Source: a virus
DNA: 64,000 nt
Strand: one strand, 5' to 3'
Virus record (IMG/VR): IMGVR_UViG_3300050030_000022
Coordinates: 9,182-73,181 of that record
Under the pieces are notes generated by a model. It did no database searches, was not told where the DNA came from, and worked only from the letters and a program-made list of their open reading frames with translations. The position numbers and the translations under genes are program-made. This document shows, one piece after another, positions 57,539 through 64,000 of the stretch. Numbering within the stretch: position 1 is the stretch's first letter; every line of letters begins with the position of its first letter.

Positions 57539-59112
57539 GCAAGCCCTTAATCACCGTAATAATTAATACATACCGTGAAAATCCGGTATGGCTTCGTGCG
57601 GCAATCCGATCCTACAAAGTTCAAAAGGATGTCGAAGTTCAGATTATCGTGTCCTGTGTCAAAGGCGATCCCAATATTGCCATCATTAAATCTATGGGCT
57701 GTGAGGTGGTTTTAAATGCAATTCCCGGTATTTATCAGCAAATTAACGCCGCCCTGCCTTTTATTAAGGGCGAGTATATGTGTTATGGCTCAAGCAATGA
57801 CATGGCGGCAGACTTTAAACTAAGAAGTGAGTACGATTGTTGCGTAACAGCAAACAAATTGGTATGCTTTTCCTCATTCTATAAATGTGATGTCAATTTA
57901 CACCCCATCACCACGCATCAGGCACAACCTTACGATTACGCCACGCATTTAAAGGGTAACTATGTTAATGATTGCGCCCTCGTCCACGCCTCTCTAATTA
58001 AGAAATACGCACCATTCCGTTTAGAGTGGCAGAACCACGCTTATTTTGACCTCTGGCTGCGAATTTACGAAGGCGAGGGGAATGTCTTTATCCACAACCC
58101 GACACCAACCTGGTTTTACAGAGGTCACGCCGGGCTGAAATTGCAACGTCAGCGCAATAAGGCTTTGATGCAGGCGAACAGGGAGAGTAGACATAAGATG
58201 TTGGAGCGGCACAAAAATAGAATACTCACAGAAATATTAAAGGAAGTTATTAGTGATATGGCTGACGGTTTAAGTAAACTTCCTATTGAGGGTGTAAATG
58301 AGGGTGTATTTGATGTTATAAAAATAAAACCTAATCCAACTTCATTTTCAGATTTAATGGATATTACCCATTTTGTCTACGTCTATGTCCAATCTCCCGC
58401 ACGGTGGAATGAACTTGCGGTCAGCATCGCCTCCATCCGTAAGCATTTTCAGGGCAAGGCAAAATTCTTCTGTGTGGGCGACCCTCCCGGAGTAAAGGAC
58501 GTGGTGCATATCCCGGTGGTTCAGATCAAAGGTAGGGGTTGTAAGCCGAAGGATGCTATCGCAAAATTGAAAACAATAATAAACTGCCCGTTGATTAATG
58601 AGGACTTCGTTTATTGTTATGACGATGTAATCCTACTAAGACCGATTAAACCGGAATGGTTTGATAAGACTATTGCAAATGAGTACGTGAAGGACTACAC
58701 GACCCATTGGCAAGGCGCAAAGGGCATTATTCCCGATCACGGTTGGAGGGGTCTGTTTTTAAAGACCTTCGCAATACTAACCAAAAAGGGATTGCCGACT
58801 TGGAACGGCGAGACCCATCTACCGAGGAAATTAAACAAAATAAAAATTCAGCAGACCTTAGACCGATTCGGGGAGGCGGTGAACGAAACATTATTTAACA
58901 GTTTGTATCTTAATCAGCATTACGAGAAACCCGATATTATTTTAAAGGAAAATAACCGCATCAAAGCCGGTCTTCACCGGGCATTTGACAACCCGGACAA
59001 GCTCATCGGGGAAATCAAGGGGAGAACCTGGGTCAACTACTCAGATCCGTTTCTCAATGAACTCGCAAGGAAAACCATCACAAAAATAATGAAAGGTGAA
59101 ATAAAGGTATGA
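57535..59112 (+). CDS. Fusion of GT2 glycosyltransferase and Stealth-like (sugar phosphotransferase) domain
   Basis: ITVIINTYRE, SSND, DLWLR; second domain ELAVSIASIRKH...FVYCYDD...ETHLP. Confidence 0.7.
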   Translation: MSKPLITVIINTYRENPVWLRAAIRSYKVQKDVEVQIIVSCVKGDPNIAIIKSMGCEVVLNAIPGIYQQINAALPFIKGEYMCYGSSNDMAADFKLRSEYDCCVTANKLVCFSSFYKCDVNLHPITTHQAQPYDYATHLKGNYVNDCALVHASLIKKYAPFRLEWQNHAYFDLWLRIYEGEGNVFIHNPTPTWFYRGHAGLKLQRQRNKALMQANRESRHKMLERHKNRILTEILKEVISDMADGLSKLPIEGVNEGVFDVIKIKPNPTSFSDLMDITHFVYVYVQSPARWNELAVSIASIRKHFQGKAKFFCVGDPPGVKDVVHIPVVQIKGRGCKPKDAIAKLKTIINCPLINEDFVYCYDDVILLRPIKPEWFDKTIANEYVKDYTTHWQGAKGIIPDHGWRGLFLKTFAILTKKGLPTWNGETHLPRKLNKIKIQQTLDRFGEAVNETLFNSLYLNQHYEKPDIILKENNRIKAGLHRAFDNPDKLIGEIKGRTWVNYSDPFLNELARKTITKIMKGEIKV

Positions 59113-59239
59113 AAAAGTGGGAAAGAAAAGTGAAAAAACACATAAAAAGATGGTGGGTATTGCAAAAACGCCAAAATAAAGCCTTAGAAAAATTAGACAA
59201 AAAGGTGGGAGATGCCGCCAAGAAAGGAGAAAAAATATC

Positions 59240-60157
59240 ATGAAAACACTATTGACAATTCTAAGTTTATGTTTTTCCCTGTCGCTACTGGCGCAGGAAA
59301 CACCCGTTGCCATAACCGCAACCGCAACCGCTACGCAAATTACCTGGAAATGGCACACGTCTATCGGGGCGACTGCCTACAAATTTAACACGGTCAACGA
59401 TTACTCCACGGCAACCAATATGGGGACGGACACCGTAAAGGTAGAAACCGGGCTAACGGCAAACACTTCTTACGCCCGGTACGCTTGGGCTTACAATACG
59501 TGCGGTCATTCTTCCTCAGTGGCGATGACAAAAAGCACAATGGATGATTTTGTTTGTGGTGCGACAATAACAGTAGTACATACTGTAGGTATAGTCGCTC
59601 CGGTTACTAAAACAGTAACCTATGGCACAGTAGATAGCATACCGGGGGAATTGACAAAATGTTGGATAACCAGTAACCTTGGTTCAGATCATCAGGCAAA
59701 CGCTAAAAACGACACCACGGAAGCCTCAGCAGGCTGGTACTGGCAATTTAATCGCATGCAAGGGTATAAAAATGATGGTGTAACCAGGACACCAAGTACC
59801 ACCTGGATTACCGATATAAGTGAAGATCTTGACTGGCAGGCTGCCAATGACCCATGTGCCCTTGAACTTGGCAGTGGATGGCGTCTTCCGACCTCAACTG
59901 AATGGGCTAATGTGGATGCAAGTGGAAACTGGACGAACTGGAATGGCCCGTGGAACTCTGCTTTAAAAATGCATTTAGCCGGGTGTCTGTATACGTGGGA
60001 TGATTCCCTCGATTTCAGGGGATCCTTCGGATTTTATTGGAGCAGTTCAAAGTTTGATAATCTACAAGGTAGATATTTAGAATTCTTTAATTCTTTTTGC
60101 ATTGTGGGAACAACTCAGAAAAAAACCGGTGCCACTGTCCGTTGTATTCGAGAATGA
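59240..60157 (+). CDS. Secreted FN3-like plus FISUMP/C-type-lectin-fold protein
   Basis: Signal peptide LLA-Q; CWITSNL, GWYWQFN, GWRLPT..EW, YWSSS, VRCIRE. Confidence 0.8.
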   Translation: MKTLLTILSLCFSLSLLAQETPVAITATATATQITWKWHTSIGATAYKFNTVNDYSTATNMGTDTVKVETGLTANTSYARYAWAYNTCGHSSSVAMTKSTMDDFVCGATITVVHTVGIVAPVTKTVTYGTVDSIPGELTKCWITSNLGSDHQANAKNDTTEASAGWYWQFNRMQGYKNDGVTRTPSTTWITDISEDLDWQAANDPCALELGSGWRLPTSTEWANVDASGNWTNWNGPWNSALKMHLAGCLYTWDDSLDFRGSFGFYWSSSKFDNLQGRYLEFFNSFCIVGTTQKKTGATVRCIRE

Positions 60158-60881
60158 CAATTTGATTTATCAAGCAATAAAGATTAAATAAGCATAGAAG
60201 AAAAGTATTGAATTATTTCAAGAATGGATTAACATTTCATGCAAGTCTCCTTTTTACTCATGATATTGAAGATTTTATTGAGTGCATAAGTTTTTATTAT
60301 GTTCCAGGATTCTAATTATAAATCAATTTCAGAATAAAGTTGCAGAAAGCCTGTGAAAAACTACCTAATCATAGGCTTTGTGTAAATCGCTATCACTAAT
60401 GGTTTAACTTCATTATAAGGCTGGTTATTAAATAGTGAAGATCTTTATCCTCCTGATCTTGTAATCCAAGGAGATTTTGACTTTGCCTTCATAAATGCTT
60501 AATAATCTATAAGCTTTTACTTTAGAATTGTTCCATATAAGGCTTTCCCTTAAATTTTTTCTCATATATGAGAATAATATTGGAAATTATCACTTACATT
60601 TAAGGCAATTAATCCAATTTGCCAAACCATCATCTACCATGGCACGCAAGACTGTGCAAACCTATACTTTTATGGACTCAATGGAAGGAGTTGCTATAAC
60701 TTACGGCAATTGTACCTTCATCGAATTTACTTTTAATCTAAGATGCCGTATATTAAGATATTAAATCCTTTTTCATTTTTGTATTCGGCTAATAACATAT
60801 ATTATCGATTATCTAATTATTGTAATTTTAATACAGAACAGGTCTACGAAAAATTCTTGACCAATTTTAAATTTAATCACA

Positions 60882-61871
60882 ATGAAAATAAAAATCATCT
60901 TCTTTCTTACTTTGGCTTTTATAGGGTTTAAAACTTCCATTGCTCAGGAAAAATTGCCTCTTCATTGGGATGTTGAGAAAATATCATTGACTCATTGGAA
61001 CACTCCTGATGGACTCCCATATAAACAGGTTCCAGGAGCTAATCTTGGGCCCATATCGTTCGCTTCTTTAGATCAACAGCGTATTGCTTTTTTATCCAGT
61101 CCAACATGTGAGATAATTATTATTAGTACTTCAGACGGGAAAGCCATTAAAACATTTCCAGTGAAGTTAGCTCCGCGCGATTTCGTTTATGACAAAGGAT
61201 TATTTTATGTTTTAACGGAATCAGATATAACGGTATATGATGAATCGGGGAAAACAATAAATCTTTTCCCTTTTAAAAAATATTATGGAGTTGAAAGGTT
61301 GATGAGGTTTAACAATTCTACTTATCTATGGCTTCCTTCAGGTAACAGCTTGAAAATTGAATCAGAGGCCAAGACTGTTGCAGAAGAATATAGCGGATGG
61401 ATAACATCGGCAGGAGACTTTATAGTTATTGATATTCAGGGAGATTATAATTATTATATTAATCTTTCAAGAAATAACAAAACATATGAAACGACTTTAT
61501 CTACAAATAAGAAAGTAGCTGGAGTATATGTTATAGGCTCAACTGAAAATCGATTATTTTTTGATGTTCAGACATTTCTTTCCGAAAATCCTATCGTTAT
61601 TGAAAGACATTTTGTTGCTGTTGAACTTAATGATAGTGGCATAGGTTCTGTTATTACAGAAATCAAAGTCCCAGATTGCTATTATATTTTTTCCAACAAA
61701 GAAATAGACCTCACACCAAATGCACAACTGCTTAATATGGTTACATCACCTGATGGAGTATATATTTTCTCTTTAAACGAGTCAGATTCAAAAATGATAA
61801 AAACCTATCCCGAAAACTTACTGGAAATAAAATACCATTATAATGATCATCTTATTAATCCAGAAAAATAA
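60882..61871 (+). CDS. Host-like secreted beta-propeller-like protein
   Basis: Signal peptide SIA-Q; AT-rich codons. Confidence 0.65.
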   Translation: MKIKIIFFLTLAFIGFKTSIAQEKLPLHWDVEKISLTHWNTPDGLPYKQVPGANLGPISFASLDQQRIAFLSSPTCEIIIISTSDGKAIKTFPVKLAPRDFVYDKGLFYVLTESDITVYDESGKTINLFPFKKYYGVERLMRFNNSTYLWLPSGNSLKIESEAKTVAEEYSGWITSAGDFIVIDIQGDYNYYINLSRNNKTYETTLSTNKKVAGVYVIGSTENRLFFDVQTFLSENPIVIERHFVAVELNDSGIGSVITEIKVPDCYYIFSNKEIDLTPNAQLLNMVTSPDGVYIFSLNESDSKMIKTYPENLLEIKYHYNDHLINPEK

Positions 61872-61901
61872 TTAATTTCTAATCAAAACAATCCTTAAAA
61901 A

Positions 61902-64000
61902 ATGAAAAATTATACATATAGTTTATCGCTAATATTTAGGTTCAGTCTAATATTTATATTGTCTTCTTTTTCTTTAATCAGCTTTGGACAATTAACTAGA
62001 ACTCAGATAATAAACAATGCCACACCCTATACAAGCTTTTCATGGACTGCAAGTTCTTGTAACTTATGGAGTGGCGTATACTGTGGGGGAAGAATTGTTT
62101 ATTCAGCAGATATTCCTTGGGTAAATGTAGGCACTAATATATCTATGCCTTATTGTTGGGGCGGCTGGTCTACAATATCTGAACATAACACTGCTATGAC
62201 AAATTGCAAATCCGCTGGGGACATTTGCTCACCAAGTGGTGGTGGATGTTCAGGCTCTGGTGCTGGTTTAGGATGTGCAAGTGGTCACGATTGTTCTGGT
62301 TTAGTATCAAGAGCATGGGCTTTAACTTCAAAGTATTCTACTACAATGCTAAATGATATTTCTACTCCAATTGAATTAACATCGACCCAGCAAGGAGATA
62401 TTTTAAATGATGCTGGCTCTCATGTTAGATTAGTAGAAACTAATTATGGAAATGGTAATTATCGTGTTATTGAAGCATCCGGCACAGATTGGAAAGTTGC
62501 ATATCATACTTATACAACTGCTCAGCTAAGCGGTTATGATCCAAGATGTTGGGATGATGTTATTGGAGGTTGTGGTGGTGGATCAGCGCCCATTAATGAT
62601 GACTGCTCTGATGCAATTCTTCTTACATCAAGCTCAAGTTGCAATTATATATCAGGTGATATTGAAGGCGCAACTCAGTCCATACCAGCTATACCCTGTG
62701 ACGGTTATACCAGCACCCTAGTGCAAGATGTATGGTATAAATTTGTCGCCGTATCAACATCTCATACAATCACCGTTGATCCATCTTCCGGTCTGGATGC
62801 TGTCGTAGATCTTAGATCTGGCCCGTGTAACGGCACTACTATTGATTGCTCCGATAACGGAGGTGGTCAAGGAGGTATTGAAATCATTTATGCTACAGGA
62901 TTAACAATAAATCAGACTTATTATGTGAGGATTTATGATTATACTTCGAATTCTACCCCTCCTAGTTCGACTACCTTCGATATTTGCATAACCGCAGAAT
63001 CCACTCCAATTTGTGTTGATTGCCCGGAATATGATTTCACTCTTACATCTTCTACTTCATGGCAAACACATTCATCCTCGCATGGTGAAGACGGATGTAA
63101 AATGTATAGGGTCAATGTCACTTCCGGCAGAACTTATACATTTAAAACAGGATGTGGGGATGGTGCAACCGCCGATTATGATACTTACCTGGAACTTTAC
63201 AATTCAAGCTGTAGCTTAATCGCCTCTGATGACGATGATTGCGAAGAAACCAGATCATTAATTGAATGGACTGCAAATTATTCCGGCTATGCCTATTTAA
63301 AAGTCAGAGGTCTTAGTAATGATTATGGTAATTATACTTTAGCCTACATGTACTGTACGCCTCCATCTGCACCATCTACTATTGATGCCGTGGCTTCCTC
63401 CAGCTCTCAGATCGATATAACCTGGGAAAATGTAAGCAATGAAGATGGATATTATGTTTTCAGATCTACAACCTCTGGTGGAACTTATTCTCAAATTGCC
63501 TCAACAGGGGCTAATGTCAATTCTTATTCAAATACAGGATTACCGGCTAATACTCAGTATTGCTATAAAGTTAAAGCCTATAATTCAGCCGGATCATCTG
63601 GTTTTTCTCCCTATGATTGTGCTACCACCTTGAATACTCCGCCAGCCGCTCCTTCTACACTTGATGCCGTGGCTGTATCGAGCTCACAGATAGATATAAC
63701 CTGGGAAAATGTCAGTAATGAAGATGGATATTATGTTTTCAGATCTACAACCTCTGGTGGAACTTATTCTCAAATTGCCTCAACAGGGGCTAATGTCAAT
63801 TCTTATTCTAATACAGGGTTGCCGGCTAATACTCAGTATTGCTATAAAGTTAAAGCCTATAATTCAGCCGGATCATCTGGTTTTTCTCCCTATGATTGTG
63901 CTACCACCTTGAATACTCCGCCAGCCGCTCCTTCTACCCTTGATGCTGTGGCTTCTTCCAGTTCTCAGATCAATATAACCTGGGAAAATGTCAGCAATGA
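61902..64000 (+). CDS. Host-like secreted NlpC/P60 + PPC + FN3-repeat protein (runs off window; absent from ORF track)
   Basis: Manual translation: signal peptide FG-Q, PYCWGG, HDCSGLVSRAW, GDIL..AGSHV, NDDC..A, DVWYKF, tandem FN3. Confidence 0.8.
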   Translation, partial: MKNYTYSLSLIFRFSLIFILSSFSLISFGQLTRTQIINNATPYTSFSWTASSCNLWSGVYCGGRIVYSADIPWVNVGTNISMPYCWGGWSTISEHNTAMTNCKSAGDICSPSGGGCSGSGAGLGCASGHDCSGLVSRAWALTSKYSTTMLNDISTPIELTSTQQGDILNDAGSHVRLVETNYGNGNYRVIEASGTDWKVAYHTYTTAQLSGYDPRCWDDVIGGCGGGSAPINDDCSDAILLTSSSSCNYISGDIEGATQSIPAIPCDGYTSTLVQDVWYKFVAVSTSHTITVDPSSGLDAVVDLRSGPCNGTTIDCSDNGGGQGGIEIIYATGLTINQTYYVRIYDYTSNSTPPSSTTFDICITAESTPICVDCPEYDFTLTSSTSWQTHSSSHGEDGCKMYRVNVTSGRTYTFKTGCGDGATADYDTYLELYNSSCSLIASDDDDCEETRSLIEWTANYSGYAYLKVRGLSNDYGNYTLAYMYCTPPSAPSTIDAVASSSSQIDITWENVSNEDGYYVFRSTTSGGTYSQIASTGANVNSYSNTGLPANTQYCYKVKAYNSAGSSGFSPYDCATTLNTPPAAPSTLDAVAVSSSQIDITWENVSNEDGYYVFRSTTSGGTYSQIASTGANVNSYSNTGLPANTQYCYKVKAYNSAGSSGFSPYDCATTLNTPPAAPSTLDAVASSSSQINITWENVSN
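63384..64000 (+). repeat. 279-bp near-identical tandem repeats encoding 93-aa FN3 domains (at least 2.2 copies)
   Basis: GATGC(C/T)GTGGCT at 63384, 63663 and 63942 with near-identical downstream sequence. Confidence 0.9.

Larger units (their letters stand above)
1..60157. mobile_element. Podovirus-like tailed phage or prophage genome of a probable Bacteroidota host (left end outside window)
   Basis: Capsid, scaffold, TerL, portal, ejection proteins, nozzle, fibres, DnaB, SSB, NinG and YopX; dense overlapping small ORFs; no tape measure or sheath gene seen; Bacteroidota-type -7 boxes. Confidence 0.9.

Noticed and set aside
1-60157. Stop-codon reassignment as in some crAss-like phages
   Set aside because: Long genes (TerL, portal, 3,340-aa protein, DnaB) are intact under the standard code
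1-60157. Assignment to Crassvirales
   Set aside because: No virion RNA polymerase or phage DNA polymerase seen; replication module is initiator plus DnaB
59960-60900. Complete diversity-generating retroelement
   Set aside because: No reverse transcriptase, Avd or template repeat found in the window
60528-60931. Short ORFs in the AT-rich gap
   Set aside because: No recognisable motifs; probably spurious or decayed
62536-63912. Short ORF-track calls in the last 1.5 kb
   Set aside because: Out-of-frame shadows of the long ORF from 61902 that runs off the window

Overview
Bases 1 to about 60,160 are most of a podovirus-like tailed dsDNA phage genome. It has a capsid/scaffold block, a large terminase, a portal, a 3,340-aa polyvalent ejection protein, a tail nozzle and fibres, DnaB/SSB/RecE-like replication and recombination genes, DNA methyltransferases and about 9 glycan-modifying enzymes. 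TAnnTTTG-type promoters and Q-rule signal peptides point to a Bacteroidota host. After about 60,160 the sequence becomes AT-richer and host-like, with secreted NlpC/P60-PPC-FN3 proteins. No integrase, RT, CRISPR array or RNA gene was seen. Main observations: (1) the tail-fibre module proteins carry Sec signal peptides, and the 858-aa fibre has 14 Bacteroidota O-glycosylation sequons, suggesting virion fibres are exported to and glycosylated in the periplasm; (2) the major capsid protein, pilot protein and SSB each carry an extra hydrophobic membrane-anchor-like extension; (3) two fixed-spacing promoter classes occur, GTGCA-N8-TAnnTTYR (9 copies) and TTTATCGC-N22-(T/G)AnnTTYR (3 copies). All family assignments come from motif recognition by eye, not from database searches.
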